DNA of 64,000 nucleotides from a bacterium (GCA_021813945.1 JAKAJD010000003.1:109193-173192); one strand, 5' to 3'; shown: positions 30,008-43,869, counted from the first letter of the stretch. The notes: a model not told the origin generated them from the sequence alone. Numbers and translations: made by a program.

Positions 30008-32584
30008 ATGAATTGGTACCAAAAGACTGCCCAAGAGGTACTTGGTGAGCAAAACGCAAACCTGGAGCAAGGTCTTGGGGAAAACGAGGCATTTTCCAGA
30101 CTGAAGGCAACTGGGCCCAATGTTTTGGCTTCTTCTAAAAAGCAGACACTTCTCGATATTTTTCTAAAGCAGTTTAAAAGTCCCCTGATATATGTTTTGA
30201 TTTTTGCGGCGTTTTTGGTTTTGGTGATGGGGCAGTCGACTGATGCCTTGGTTATTATTGCGGTTGTTATTTTGAATTCCATAATTGGGACTTACCAGGA
30301 AGGGAAAGCCAAAAATTCACTTGAAAAATTGCGAAGTTTGGTGAGGCACAGGGCCCTTGTGAGAAGGGATGGGGAGGAAGTCTTGATTTCTTCGGAAGAA
30401 GTTGTGCCTGGCGACATATTGCTTTTGCACGAAGGGGAAAAAGTTTCGGCAGACGCAAGACTTGTTTCGTGTGAATCATTAAAGATAAACGAAGCAGTTT
30501 TGACGGGAGAGGCATATGCCGTTTCAAAAACTTCTGATGTTATTTCCAAAAAAGACCTAGTTTTGGGGGATCAGAAGAACATGGTCTTTTCGGGAACCAG
30601 CGTTGTTTCGGGTTTTGGAGAAGCAGTAGTTGTCGAGACCGGTTATAGTTCGGCATTAGGCCAGATTTCAAAGGAACTTTTGGAGACATCCGAAGTGCCG
30701 CTGCCATTGGCTTCGAAGGTACTTAAGCTGACACATTTTATTGCAATAGCTGTTGTGGCTATCGGTATATTCACGCTCGCGGTGGGTCTTTTGCGCGGCA
30801 TTGATTTTAGGGAGATAGTCGGTGCGGTAATTGGGCTTTCGGTTTCTGTAGTGCCGGAAGGCTTACCCGTTGCAGTAACCATTGTTTTGGCGGGTGGTGT
30901 TTGGAGAATGGCAAAAGCAAAGGCTATTGTTAGGCAAATGGCGGCTGTTGAGGCAATGGGCAATGCAGATACCCTTTTGGTAGACAAAACGGGAACCATC
31001 ACAACCGGCAGGATGGTTATTAAAAAAGTTAATTTTATGGGGATTGTGCTGAGTGTTTCGGGGGAGGGGTATAACCCTAAGGGCAAAATAAGCGGTAACG
31101 GGTCTTATGACAGCCGAAAATTCAAAAAGATACTTTCTTTGGTTTTCCTTTCTTTGAATGCAGATGTTGTACACCATGAACACGAAGGTTGGCGGCCTAT
31201 CGGTGACCCGACGGAGGCTGCTGTTGCCGTTTTGTGTCATAAAGCCGGGCTTTCGAAAGAAAAGCTTGGACAAGAGTATAAAACGGATTTTGCAAAGCCA
31301 TTTGATCCTAAAAAACGCTACATTGAAGCTGCTTTTTCGCAAAAAGGAGAGGGTTGGGATGTTTTTGTCGGAGCACCGGATTTTTTAGCCCGAGATCTTA
31401 AAGTTAACAAAGGGCTTCTTTACGATTACCACAAACTGGCAAAAGAAGGTTTAAGGGTTGTGGGTGTTTGTGTTTTTGGGCCGGGTAAAAAACTTTACGG
31501 TTTTCTGCTTTTGGCAATAGAAGAAGAAATCCGAAGTGTTGTGGAGTGCGCTGTAAAGGAGGCCAAAAACGCTGGTTTCAGGGTGGTTATGATGACTGGG
31601 GATTTTGCGGAAACCGCAAAAGCTATTGCAGGCCGGGTTGGTATTTATGGTCAGGGTGACATTGTGGTGACCGGTGAGGAAGTTGAAAAGCTGGGAAAAG
31701 AAGGCCTTATGGAAAAAGTTAAAAGCGTTACTGTTTTTGCCAGGATTACACCCCAACATAAGTTGACAATAGTCGAGGCATTTAAAAAGCAAGGGCATAT
31801 TGTTGCTATGACCGGTGACGGGATAAACGACGCCCCGGCACTTCAGGCGGCGAATTTGGGAATAGGGCTTGGGTCGGGAACCCAGATTGCAAAAGATGCT
31901 TCGGATATAGTTTTAACAAGCGATAATTTCCAAACGATAGTTTCGGCAATAGCGGAAGGGCGGGCGATCTATCTTTCTTTGAAGAAAGTCATTTTGTATT
32001 TGTTTTCGACAAGTTTGGGGGAGGTGCTTTCGATAGTTGGAGCTATCGTGATCGGCTTACCACTACCATTGGTTGCCGTGCAGATTATCTGGCTTAATTT
32101 TATAACAGATGGTTTTATGGTTGTGGCACTTGCTCAGGATACTCCGCGGCATAAACTGGTTTCTAAGGACGATGTTCAAAGTGAAAGTCTTGTCGATAAT
32201 TTAATGATTCGCCGCAGCATTTTGATGGGAGGATCGATGATGATTGTAGCCTTGCCGGTTTTTTGGTGGTTTTTGGATAATACATCACTTGCTTATGCCC
32301 GGACTATGACTCTTTTGATACTTTCAGCGACCCAGTGGCTTAATGCTCTAAACGTGCGATCAAGAAGTGTTTCGGTATTTTCCAGGAGGCTTGATAACAA
32401 GTTTTTGGTGTTTTCTTTTCTTGCGGTTGTAATTTTGGAGATTCTTGTTATTCAGACTAAGTTTGGTAACGAATTTTTGCATACAACACCTTTAACTTTA
32501 GGATATTGGGTTTTGGGAATTGCTGTTTCGACTCTGATTATTTGGGTGGAGGAGGCCAGGAAGGCCTTGGCAAGACGCAAGTAA
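30008..32584 (+). CDS. P-type cation-transporting ATPase (type II-like)
   Basis: LTGE, PEGL, DKTGT, TGD and GDGINDAPAL motifs. Confidence 0.93.
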   Translation: MNWYQKTAQEVLGEQNANLEQGLGENEAFSRLKATGPNVLASSKKQTLLDIFLKQFKSPLIYVLIFAAFLVLVMGQSTDALVIIAVVILNSIIGTYQEGKAKNSLEKLRSLVRHRALVRRDGEEVLISSEEVVPGDILLLHEGEKVSADARLVSCESLKINEAVLTGEAYAVSKTSDVISKKDLVLGDQKNMVFSGTSVVSGFGEAVVVETGYSSALGQISKELLETSEVPLPLASKVLKLTHFIAIAVVAIGIFTLAVGLLRGIDFREIVGAVIGLSVSVVPEGLPVAVTIVLAGGVWRMAKAKAIVRQMAAVEAMGNADTLLVDKTGTITTGRMVIKKVNFMGIVLSVSGEGYNPKGKISGNGSYDSRKFKKILSLVFLSLNADVVHHEHEGWRPIGDPTEAAVAVLCHKAGLSKEKLGQEYKTDFAKPFDPKKRYIEAAFSQKGEGWDVFVGAPDFLARDLKVNKGLLYDYHKLAKEGLRVVGVCVFGPGKKLYGFLLLAIEEEIRSVVECAVKEAKNAGFRVVMMTGDFAETAKAIAGRVGIYGQGDIVVTGEEVEKLGKEGLMEKVKSVTVFARITPQHKLTIVEAFKKQGHIVAMTGDGINDAPALQAANLGIGLGSGTQIAKDASDIVLTSDNFQTIVSAIAEGRAIYLSLKKVILYLFSTSLGEVLSIVGAIVIGLPLPLVAVQIIWLNFITDGFMVVALAQDTPRHKLVSKDDVQSESLVDNLMIRRSILMGGSMMIVALPVFWWFLDNTSLAYARTMTLLILSATQWLNALNVRSRSVSVFSRRLDNKFLVFSFLAVVILEILVIQTKFGNEFLHTTPLTLGYWVLGIAVSTLIIWVEEARKALARRK

Positions 32585-32602
32585 TCTTGTTAAGCTGGAA
32601 TT

Positions 32603-33655
32603 ATGATAAAAGTTGCAATTAACGGTTTTGGGAGGATTGGCAGACAGGCGTTTAAGGTATGGTTTGAAAAACACCGGGACGAGATGCAGATTGTGGCGAT
32701 TAACGACCTGACGGATGCCGAGGTTTTAGCACATCTTTTGTCCTATGATTCTGTTTATGGGAAGTGGGAAAGGGAAGTCAAAGCGAAGAAACTAATCGAG
32801 GATATAAAGACTGCGAAGGATGGCGAAGCGGTAGGAAATATATCAATTGACGGGGTAGATATTGCCACTTATGCCACAAAAGATCCGGAAAAACTGCCAT
32901 GGAAGAGTTTGGGGATCGATGTAGTTATCGAGTCTACCGGACGTTTTACAAAACATGAGGATGCCGCAAAACACATAACTGCAGGTGCCAAAAAAGTGGT
33001 TATTTCGGCGCCGGGGAAGGAAACGCCGACATTTCTTTTAGGGGTAAATGAGGATAAATATAACGGGGAAGATGTTATTAATAATGCATCTTGCACCACA
33101 AACTGTATTGCGCCGGTTGCCAAAGTAATGAATGATGTTTTTGGAGTCAAAAAGGCAATGATGACAACAATCCATGCGGTTACTGCCGAGCAGAATTTGG
33201 TCGACGGGCCACCGCCGGGAGGTAAGGCAAATGATCTTCGTCGTGCCCGGGCCGCCTACATTAATATAATACCGACAACTTCTGGTGCGGCGATTGCCAC
33301 AACAGAGGCGCTGCCGGAATTAAAGGAAAAGTTTGACGGGTTGGCAATTCGGGTACCGGTTCCGGTCGGGTCGATTTCGGATTTTACATTTCTTTTGGCC
33401 AAGCCAACTTCTGTCGATGAAGTCAATAAGGTGCTATCAGATGCTTCTGAAAAGATGAAAGGGATTTTGGCAGTTTCTTCCGAACCGCTGGTTTCTTCGG
33501 ACATTGTTGGAAGATCGGAATCATCGATAGTTGATCTATCCCTAACTCAAGTTGTCGATGGCGACATGGTTAAGGTTTTTGCCTGGTACGACAATGAGTT
33601 TGGATATAGTAACCGTTTGGTTGAACAAGTGATTCAAGTTGGAAATCATCCGTAA
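32603..33655 (+). CDS. gap: glyceraldehyde-3-phosphate dehydrogenase, type I
   Basis: INGFGRIGR, ASCTTNC and WYDNE motifs. Confidence 0.97.
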   Translation: MIKVAINGFGRIGRQAFKVWFEKHRDEMQIVAINDLTDAEVLAHLLSYDSVYGKWEREVKAKKLIEDIKTAKDGEAVGNISIDGVDIATYATKDPEKLPWKSLGIDVVIESTGRFTKHEDAAKHITAGAKKVVISAPGKETPTFLLGVNEDKYNGEDVINNASCTTNCIAPVAKVMNDVFGVKKAMMTTIHAVTAEQNLVDGPPPGGKANDLRRARAAYINIIPTTSGAAIATTEALPELKEKFDGLAIRVPVPVGSISDFTFLLAKPTSVDEVNKVLSDASEKMKGILAVSSEPLVSSDIVGRSESSIVDLSLTQVVDGDMVKVFAWYDNEFGYSNRLVEQVIQVGNHP

Positions 33656-33702
33656 TTTTCCCTCGTTGATTTTGGAAGTTTCAATCGTAATAATAAATAC
33701 CA

Positions 33703-34335
33703 GTGAAAAGCTTAAGAGGATTTTTGTTTCCTCAGGAGGGTGTTTTTTTTGATCTTTTGGAAGAAGAAAGCAAAATTGTTTCCAAAGCCGCTAAATCCCT
33801 TTCCCAATTAACCGAAAATTTTGACCACAAAACAGAAGATTACCGCAGAAAAATAAAAGATTTGGAGCATAAGGGCGATAAGCTAGTTGAGCAAATCCAC
33901 GCCAAATTAAATTCTTCTTTTATTACTCCTATCGATCATGAAGATATTGCGGAACTTGCCAACACTTATGACGATGTTTTGGACGGAATTTATACTTTTG
34001 TAAACAGACTTCATATCTATAACATCAAAAAAACAGACGAAACAATAAAAAGCTTTTCCAAAATTGTTTTGGCAACGACTCAGGAAATTGAAAAGGCTTT
34101 TTGTTCAATGAAAAGACTTTCTCAAAAAGAAATAGATGCAAGGAGCGAAAAAGTTAAAAAGTTGGAACGGGAAGCGGATGACCTTTTGGATAGGTCAACG
34201 GCTGCGCTTTTTAAACGAAAAAATTTTGTGGAGATTTTAAAATACAAGGAACTTTATGAAATTTTGGAAGGGACAACCGATAAATGCATGGACGTATCGG
34301 ATATTTTGCGAAACATTGTACTTAAACACTCATAG
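33703..34335 (+). CDS. DUF47/PhoU-like phosphate transport regulator
   Basis: EHKGD, FITPIDxED and EREAD motifs; adjacent to PiT. Confidence 0.88.
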   Translation: MKSLRGFLFPQEGVFFDLLEEESKIVSKAAKSLSQLTENFDHKTEDYRRKIKDLEHKGDKLVEQIHAKLNSSFITPIDHEDIAELANTYDDVLDGIYTFVNRLHIYNIKKTDETIKSFSKIVLATTQEIEKAFCSMKRLSQKEIDARSEKVKKLEREADDLLDRSTAALFKRKNFVEILKYKELYEILEGTTDKCMDVSDILRNIVLKHS

Positions 34336-35336
34336 TGGATACTACTTTTCTGGGAATTGTTTTAATCATTCTTCTTGCTTTTATTTTTGATTTTATAAAC
34401 GGGTTTCATGACAGCGCCAACGCTATAGCGACTGTAGTTTCTACCAGGGTTCTTTCGCCAAGGTCGGCGGTTATGATGGCTGCTTTTTTCAATTTTATTG
34501 CTTTTGCAATTTTTGGGGTGGCAGTTGCGGCAACTATTGCAAAAGGGGTTGTAGACCCGCATGCGGTAAACAAAACAGTTATTTTTTCAGCACTTGTCGG
34601 GGCAATCGTTTGGGATTTATATACCTGGAGGGCGGCACTGCCAACTTCTTCTTCACATGCTTTGATCGGTGGCTTAGTGGGTGCTGCCTATGTTAAGGGT
34701 GGGGTTAAGATGCTTATTTTTTCGGGCATCAATAAAATCGTTCTTTTTATGTTCATTTCACCTATTGTAGGTTTAGTTCTCGCGTTTATCATAATGACTT
34801 TGGTTGCACGAGGATTTTATAAAGGGGATGCCGCCAAGCTTAATTTTGCTTTTCGTAAACTACAACTTGTTTCATCTGCATTTTACAGTTTGAGCCATGG
34901 TACCAACGATGCGCAAAAGACGATGGGAATTGTGGCGGTTTTGCTGTATTCTGCAGGATATTTGGGGGACAAATTGTATGTTCCATTATGGGTAGTTTTG
35001 ATGGCGCATGCGGCAATTGCGCTGGGGACTTTGTTTGGCGGTTGGAGAATAGTTAAAACGATGGGCAAAAGGATTGCACATTTGAGGCCGGTTCACGGAT
35101 TCAGTGCGGAAACGGCAAGCGGTTTGGTTTTGTTTGGAAGTGCACACTTTGGGATTCCTGTTTCGACAACGCATGCAATTTCCGGGTCGATTTTAGGAGT
35201 CGGGATGTCGCAAAGGGCAACTGGGGTTCGGTGGATTTTGGCGCGCAAAATTGTTGGGGCTTGGATTTTGACAATTCCGGCTTCTGCGGCTGTTGCGGCA
35301 GCTGTCTACTTAGTTTTGCGGATTTTTTACCTCTAG
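34335..35336 (+). CDS. pit: inorganic phosphate transporter (PiT family)
   Basis: GFHDSAN, PTSSSH, HGTNDAQK and PVSTTH motifs. Confidence 0.93.
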   Translation: MDTTFLGIVLIILLAFIFDFINGFHDSANAIATVVSTRVLSPRSAVMMAAFFNFIAFAIFGVAVAATIAKGVVDPHAVNKTVIFSALVGAIVWDLYTWRAALPTSSSHALIGGLVGAAYVKGGVKMLIFSGINKIVLFMFISPIVGLVLAFIIMTLVARGFYKGDAAKLNFAFRKLQLVSSAFYSLSHGTNDAQKTMGIVAVLLYSAGYLGDKLYVPLWVVLMAHAAIALGTLFGGWRIVKTMGKRIAHLRPVHGFSAETASGLVLFGSAHFGIPVSTTHAISGSILGVGMSQRATGVRWILARKIVGAWILTIPASAAVAAAVYLVLRIFYL

Positions 35337-35456
35337 CTCTTTTTTAAGAGTGAGTGTTGCTCCGATTTTGTTTTTCTGATATACCTTCCCTAGCGCTTCG
35401 CGCTAGGAATTTCTAATTTCCAATTTCAAATTTTAAAAGCGAAGAGCGATTCTGCC

Positions 35457-36302
35457 ATGAACTTATCTAATATCTACGGGCCGAGACCGGAATGGGCCCA
35501 CAAAGGAAATTTCGGAAATGTTTTGGTAGTTTGCGGATCCAAGCTTTACAGTGGGGCTGCGACTTTGGCAGCATCTGCTGCGCTTCGGGCCGGTGCGGAT
35601 ATGGTAACTGTGGCAGCGCCAATGAGAGCGGCAGAAGTTGCAGCGCAAGCTATGCCTGATCTTATGACTTATCCTTTGAAAGGAGATTATGTTGCAAGAC
35701 GGCACCTGAATGACGTTTTTGACCTAGTTCATGTTAGGCATATTAATAGCGTCGTTATGGGTTGTGGATTGGGAAGGCATAATTCGACTGTTAATACTGT
35801 CAAAAAACTAATTACCAAACTCACAATTCCAATGGTTCTGGACGCAGACGCACTCTATGCAATCTCTACAAATCCGGATGTTGTTTATGGTAAGCATGTC
35901 ATCTTAACGCCTCACGCCGGAGAGCTGGCAGTGCTATTAGGGGCAAGAAAAGTGTCTTCTAATTTTGAAGAAAGGTTAGCTGGGGCTAAGCAAGCAGCCC
36001 AAAAATACCGCGCGATTGTGCTTTTAAAAGGGCATGTAGATATTATTACGGACGGCGCGAATACGATTACTAACAATACCGGAACTGCGTATATGACCAA
36101 GGGTGGTTTTGGGGATACCCTTTCGGGGATAGTCGCCGCACTTTTGGCTCGGGGAGTGGGGCTTTTTGAGGCAGCGCATGTTGGGGCCTACATAAACGGT
36201 AAAGCCGGGGAGATGGCAAGTAAGCAATTTGGAGAGGGATTGGCAGCTTCGGATTCTTTTGATTTTATCCCGCAGGTAATTGGGGCTTCTTCCGTATATT
36301 GA
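35457..36302 (+). CDS. nnrD: NAD(P)HX dehydratase
   Basis: HKGNFG, DADAL, TPHAGE, LKG and GGxGDTLSG motifs. Confidence 0.9.
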   Translation: MNLSNIYGPRPEWAHKGNFGNVLVVCGSKLYSGAATLAASAALRAGADMVTVAAPMRAAEVAAQAMPDLMTYPLKGDYVARRHLNDVFDLVHVRHINSVVMGCGLGRHNSTVNTVKKLITKLTIPMVLDADALYAISTNPDVVYGKHVILTPHAGELAVLLGARKVSSNFEERLAGAKQAAQKYRAIVLLKGHVDIITDGANTITNNTGTAYMTKGGFGDTLSGIVAALLARGVGLFEAAHVGAYINGKAGEMASKQFGEGLAASDSFDFIPQVIGASSVY

Positions 36303-36327
36303 CAGGTCGACGCCTATTTACTATACT
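36299..36327 (+). promoter_or_regulatory. sigma70 promoter for tRNA-Ala/23S
   Basis: TTGACA-17 nt-TATACT. Confidence 0.75.
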
Positions 36328-36496
36328 TTCGGGAGTGATTTTTACCCAGCACCTATTTGCGGTGCAGGTTATGGGGTACCAAGATTTAATGTTGAAAATT
36401 TACCAAGTTCCAACAAACAAGGGCGCATTTTGGCGTCTTAAATCTTAACCCCAGTTAAAATTAACAAATAGTTATCAGGACGCGTAAATCCGACGG

Positions 36497-36751
36497 GTTT
36501 ACCCTGAGGAGTGCAACGACTAAGTTTTCACTAGCAGGGTTTACCCTGAAGTGTTCACACTGAAGGGCCCGTAGTTCACCTGGTAGAACACCCCACTTGC
36601 ACTGGGGAGGTAAGCGGTTCGAGTCCGCTCGGGTCCACACTTCGGTCTGGTAAAAGCAGACCTCAGTGTAAACTACTAAGAACGTAATCTTTTAAAGATT
36701 AAAGGGATTACGGAATTAATAGTTTATCCTGAACCAATTTTTGGCGAAGGG
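36497..36751. repeat. REP-like family B copies around tRNA-Ala
   Basis: GTTTACCCTGA..GAAGGG-type units at 36497, 36539 and 36722, with an inverted copy at 36638-36673. Confidence 0.65.
36565..36637 (+). tRNA. tRNA-Ala(TGC)
   Basis: cloverleaf; G3:U70 pair; CCCCA-CTTGCAC-TGGGG. Confidence 0.95.
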
Positions 36752-36829
36752 GCACCTTAACAAGTGAATATTTTGTAAGTAATTTACATAGAAGTTTGGT
36801 TCTAGCGTTTTTTGAACCGAACGGAATGT

Positions 36830-39954
<3,125 letters not shown>

Positions 39955-40147
39955 TTTCATTCCGTTTGGTTTTGAAAGCGTTAGATTTTACTTACAAATA
40001 TTCACTTGTTTTTTCTTTCTTTGGACCCGAAATTTTATCAGGGTTGACATTTTCACAGTTAGAGGTTTTTAATACGCTTATCCCACACCGCTTAGGCGGG
40101 GCGAGGGATATTTTTTTTGGAAGACATGAGTTGCGAAGCACATAATG

Positions 40148-40425
40148 GAAATCTGAAACAAGAAGAGATGGTTGATGGTGTCCATTATCTATTTCCACAT
40201 CACGGTGCCAATCGTCTGGATGCTCAGATCAGGGCAGGAAACGATGGTCCTCAAATACAGTTATTGCGTAGAGAAGTAGAATCGTGGGTTAAAGCGGGAA
40301 GACCTCTTCTCGATACAAATCAACCGGGGGAGCTGGTTAGATCACCTTCCAATTTACCGCTCTGGGACAGGGCAAAAGTGCGACAAATAGTACAAAGCTG
40401 GCAACATAGCAGTAGAGGGTGGTAA
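40148..40425 (+). CDS. hypothetical protein (start uncertain, 40117-40148 region)
   Basis: first ORF of a tightly packed run. Confidence 0.45.
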
Positions 40426-40429
40426 TTCT

Positions 40430-40648
40430 ATGGCAGAGCTAGAACAACAAATAATTGCAGCAGGACAGGCACAAGAACAACTGCCGAAGATTGCCGGAGG
40501 TTCCGGATTGTCAAAGTCTGCACTAAGAAGGCGAGAAGCCACTCATCAAGCGCTTGCCGATACTCTTGACCGAATTAAGAGCTTTGATCCATCTTCTTTA
40601 CTACCTGGTGAAAGTCGCACTTATAAACAACAATATATGAGAAGATGA
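40430..40648 (+). CDS. hypothetical small protein
   Basis: RBS-like GAGGGTGG; ATGA overlap with next ORF. Confidence 0.55.
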   Translation: MAELEQQIIAAGQAQEQLPKIAGGSGLSKSALRRREATHQALADTLDRIKSFDPSSLLPGESRTYKQQYMRR

Positions 40649-40866
40649 ACAGGATAGAGGGTCAGCCTAATATGAATCCAGTTTTGGCTGGTGAAGGCAT
40701 TCGTAGCGGACCAGAAATGCCCAGAGAGTCAAAATCCGCTTTCCGCAGGGCAGTTGATCTTTCTTTTGATGCACAGGATGATGTAAGACGTTTTGCAATA
40801 ATTGCAGATATGGCAGCAGCCGGCACTATATACGAAAAGCCAAAAGGCCGTAAGAGGGGAAGATGA
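40645..40866 (+). CDS. hypothetical small protein with basic tail
   Basis: ATGA overlaps at both ends. Confidence 0.55.
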   Translation: MNRIEGQPNMNPVLAGEGIRSGPEMPRESKSAFRRAVDLSFDAQDDVRRFAIIADMAAAGTIYEKPKGRKRGR

Positions 40867-41078
40867 GCAGAAGAGAAGACGGACCGCAAAGGGGTAATCA
40901 AACAGAGAGTGCAATGGGTGTTCATGGTAAAGACAGAAAAGAACTTAGAAGGTTAGCCAGATATGCTGCAATGGGTCGAGTCGGAAATTCGGTTCCTGGA
41001 CAGGGTTTCCTGCCGGAATCGCCAATAGTTCCAACACAAGGTCCGGGTGCCCAAAATGAAGGACAATCTAACATTTGA
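40863..41078 (+). CDS. hypothetical small protein
   Basis: RBS GAGGGG; ATGA overlap. Confidence 0.5.
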   Translation: MSRREDGPQRGNQTESAMGVHGKDRKELRRLARYAAMGRVGNSVPGQGFLPESPIVPTQGPGAQNEGQSNI

Positions 41079-41140
41079 ATCGGCCAAGTTTAGTCTTGGC
41101 CTAATTTAATCCCGGTAGGGATTATTTTTTTGGAGAATAT

Positions 41141-41674
41141 ATGCCAGCAAGATCAGAATTATCAATACCTTTAGGCCCAACTGCACGTGTGGACAGGACA
41201 CATCCGGCGCTTAACTCTCCGCGTGTATTAATTGCTGATTTAACTGGGCCACAGAGGATAGAGGCGAAAGCTTCGGATGTTGTTGCAGCTGTAGCTTTAC
41301 AAGTAAAAAGGGATGCTCCGTTTCTTCCCAAATTGGTTGAGGCATTAGGTGGTGTCGAGTCGCTTGATCATTTGACGCGCACAGTTTCGGATATCTGTGG
41401 GAACCGTGCAATAAGTGAATTAAAGGTAGAAGTTATAAAACGGTTCGGTGTGCCCAACGACTACAATGGTTTGCCGTTTGCAGTAAGAGAGGCGACTTTG
41501 CAATGGGCAAGAAAAGAAGATTCTCACCCACAGGTTGCAGCGTCTACTAGGAAAGTTGTCCGGGCGTCACTAAAAATTGAACCTAAATCAGCGTTTAAGC
41601 CTTCAAAATCTGGTAAACCACGAGGCCCAGGTAGTCACACACGCGGAACTAGAGGTAAAGAAGGTAATAGATAG
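41141..41674 (+). CDS. hypothetical protein with basic disordered C-terminus
   Basis: RBS GGAG; 177-aa ORF. Confidence 0.6.
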   Translation: MPARSELSIPLGPTARVDRTHPALNSPRVLIADLTGPQRIEAKASDVVAAVALQVKRDAPFLPKLVEALGGVESLDHLTRTVSDICGNRAISELKVEVIKRFGVPNDYNGLPFAVREATLQWARKEDSHPQVAASTRKVVRASLKIEPKSAFKPSKSGKPRGPGSHTRGTRGKEGNR

Positions 41675-41676
41675 TA

Positions 41677-41705
41677 TTGAAATTTCGAATTGATTCTTGT
41701 AAAAT
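41677..41705 (+). promoter_or_regulatory. dedicated promoter for 5S rRNA
   Basis: TTGAAA-17 nt-TAAAAT, about 6 nt before 5S. Confidence 0.65.
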
Positions 41706-41711
41706 TTGCAA

Positions 41712-41828
41712 CGTGGTGATTTGAGCGAAGTGGAACCACTCCTTCCCATTCCGAACAGGGCAGTGAAACGCTTTAGCGCAGACGATAGTGATTGGGCAAC
41801 TTTTCGCGAAAATATGTCATCGCCACAT
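41712..41828 (+). rRNA. rrf: 5S rRNA
   Basis: GTGGTGAT/ATCGCCAC terminal helix; CCCATTCCGAAC..GTGAAAC core. Confidence 0.93.
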
Positions 41829-41830
41829 TA

Positions 41831-41864
41831 ATTTAGCTCAACTTTGGTTGGGCTTTTTTAATGG
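41831..41864 (+). terminator. intrinsic terminator after 5S
   Basis: AGCTCAAC-TTTG-GTTGGGCT followed by a T-run. Confidence 0.8.
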
Positions 41865-41867
41865 GAA

Positions 41868-43775
41868 TTAGGGGCAGGTTGAAACGGCGTCATCTGCGTA
41901 GCCGTCAATGATTAAATGGTGGAGGCTTTTTACTTTGGCTTCTTCGGCAAAACTTTTAGCTTTTTTGCAATCATTTAACTTGGCGTAGATTTCGGCAAGA
42001 TGGAGGCTGTAGATCGGGTTTTTGGGATCCATTTGTCGTGACTGCTGAGCCAAAAGCAGCGCTTTTTGAGTATCTTTTTGCAGGTAATAAATTATCAGCT
42101 GGTCTCGGGCGAAACCGTTTTGGGTGTCAAAGGAGAGTAAGTTTTGTAGTTGGTTTATCGCTTCTTTTTCATCGGCAGGGTCGAATTTTAAAGCAGTTGC
42201 AAGTTCGGGTTTGACCTTCGAAAGATCAACAGGAATCGATTTTATAACATCGTGGCGCGCGTAGATTATATAGATATTATTAAGATAAATGAGCTTCCAA
42301 TTTGGAAAATTTTGAACCGGTGTGTAAACAAAAGCCATTGTATTTGGCTGGCTTTTTATAACAGTGTCTATATCGAATCTTTCGAGAAGTTCTTGCCAGC
42401 CCTTGGATCCTTCAAGCAGAATACTTTCTTCTCGGTAATCTTGCTGTTTGCGGTTATATGTTTGAGCATCTGCAAAAGTCTGAATATTGGGAAAGTACCA
42501 AATTAGGTAGTTATTCCAAATGGAACTGGTAAAAATATGTTTGGAATTTAGGTATGATTTTATTATTTGCGGAGAGTTTTCCGGAAATTTTTTCAGCCAC
42601 CAGCGGTTGACTACACCAACAGGGGTCTGCTGGCCGTTTTGTGAAAGGGAGGTGATAACGAAAGTATTTTCTCTTGAGCCGATTACTTCTCCATTTGGAA
42701 TCGATCCTGCAACAAGGAGTAGAAAAATTCCCAGAGTGACGTAGGCTAGCGGTTTTAGGTATTTTGGATCCGCTTTAAGTCTTGTGGCTAAAAATACAAA
42801 GGAAGGCAAGGTCACGATAACTGCAAGAGGGATTGTTCGAAAGTATTTGAAAGGAATCAGGATAAATATGAGGTTAAAAAGTAAAAGGAGACGATCATTT
42901 AAAGTCAGATTTTTGGAATGCTTGAGACCAATTGCGGCTACCGCAATAAGTAAAGCTAGAAAAACTAGATAAAAATAAACATCGAAAGGGACCTGATTTA
43001 AAAGTTGAAAACCGTGTGTTTGCAGGATTCTGTCTTTAAGTGAGCCGAATTCCACTAAGTTTGCTCCGGCAAAAGTGCCAGCTTTCAAAAAAGCAAATAA
43101 GCGCTGGAATTGTATGAGTGATAAGGAAATTGCCAAAATTGAGATTGCAAAAAATCGGTTTAGATATGGTAAATCGGACTTATTCTTGATTTTTTCTGTC
43201 AGGACAAGTAGGCAATAAAAGGCAACGAGGCCTACTCCCACAATTGAAAACGGATGGAAGTTTGGCCAGCCTAAGAAAATCAGTGGCAAAAGAAAAAATG
43301 CAGGGTTGAGTTTCCTTTGGGTAAAGTAGGACAGATAAAGGTAATTGACGAATGCAACAAAAAGATAGGAAAAACTTTCCGGGCGGTCATTGGTTCTTGC
43401 CGAAAGAATGTAGGCTGTAAAAAGAATTAAAGCGTAGAGTAAAAGGTTGTTTTTGGTGAACAATTTGCAGGTTATATAAACAAAGTAAACTGTTGCAAGT
43501 GCTAATACGATTCGTATAAATATCAAGCTATTTAGGCCAAAATTGGTTACAAAAAGATAGTAGATTACGCCGCTTGCCCATTCGACCGAAAAGAGAGTTT
43601 TGTTTTGGGGGCCGTATTGAAATTTGTCTGTTTTGGGAATGCTTTTTTGCTGCCAAACTTCCCGGCCGGTTGACATAAAAAAGAAGGTATCTGCACTGGT
43701 GTGTACGGAGGTTGCGAAAAATATTGCGACTAAGGCGAAGATTGCGATCAAGCTAAGATTTAGCCTTTTTGTCAT
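41868..43775 (-). CDS. multi-TM membrane protein with C-terminal TPR (GT-C-like candidate)
   Basis: D-x-F-F-x-x-x-T-G-R and RPE motifs, about 11 TMs, TPR-like tail. Confidence 0.65.
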   Translation of the reverse strand: MTKRLNLSLIAIFALVAIFFATSVHTSADTFFFMSTGREVWQQKSIPKTDKFQYGPQNKTLFSVEWASGVIYYLFVTNFGLNSLIFIRIVLALATVYFVYITCKLFTKNNLLLYALILFTAYILSARTNDRPESFSYLFVAFVNYLYLSYFTQRKLNPAFFLLPLIFLGWPNFHPFSIVGVGLVAFYCLLVLTEKIKNKSDLPYLNRFFAISILAISLSLIQFQRLFAFLKAGTFAGANLVEFGSLKDRILQTHGFQLLNQVPFDVYFYLVFLALLIAVAAIGLKHSKNLTLNDRLLLLFNLIFILIPFKYFRTIPLAVIVTLPSFVFLATRLKADPKYLKPLAYVTLGIFLLLVAGSIPNGEVIGSRENTFVITSLSQNGQQTPVGVVNRWWLKKFPENSPQIIKSYLNSKHIFTSSIWNNYLIWYFPNIQTFADAQTYNRKQQDYREESILLEGSKGWQELLERFDIDTVIKSQPNTMAFVYTPVQNFPNWKLIYLNNIYIIYARHDVIKSIPVDLSKVKPELATALKFDPADEKEAINQLQNLLSFDTQNGFARDQLIIYYLQKDTQKALLLAQQSRQMDPKNPIYSLHLAEIYAKLNDCKKAKSFAEEAKVKSLHHLIIDGYADDAVSTCP

Positions 43776-43869
43776 GAATTTAATTTAAGGTGCGGCGAGT
43801 TTGTTTTGCAAGAGCTAATCTTTTTTTAATTGTTTGACAATGCGGTTTAGGTTGTGCATACAATGAATT

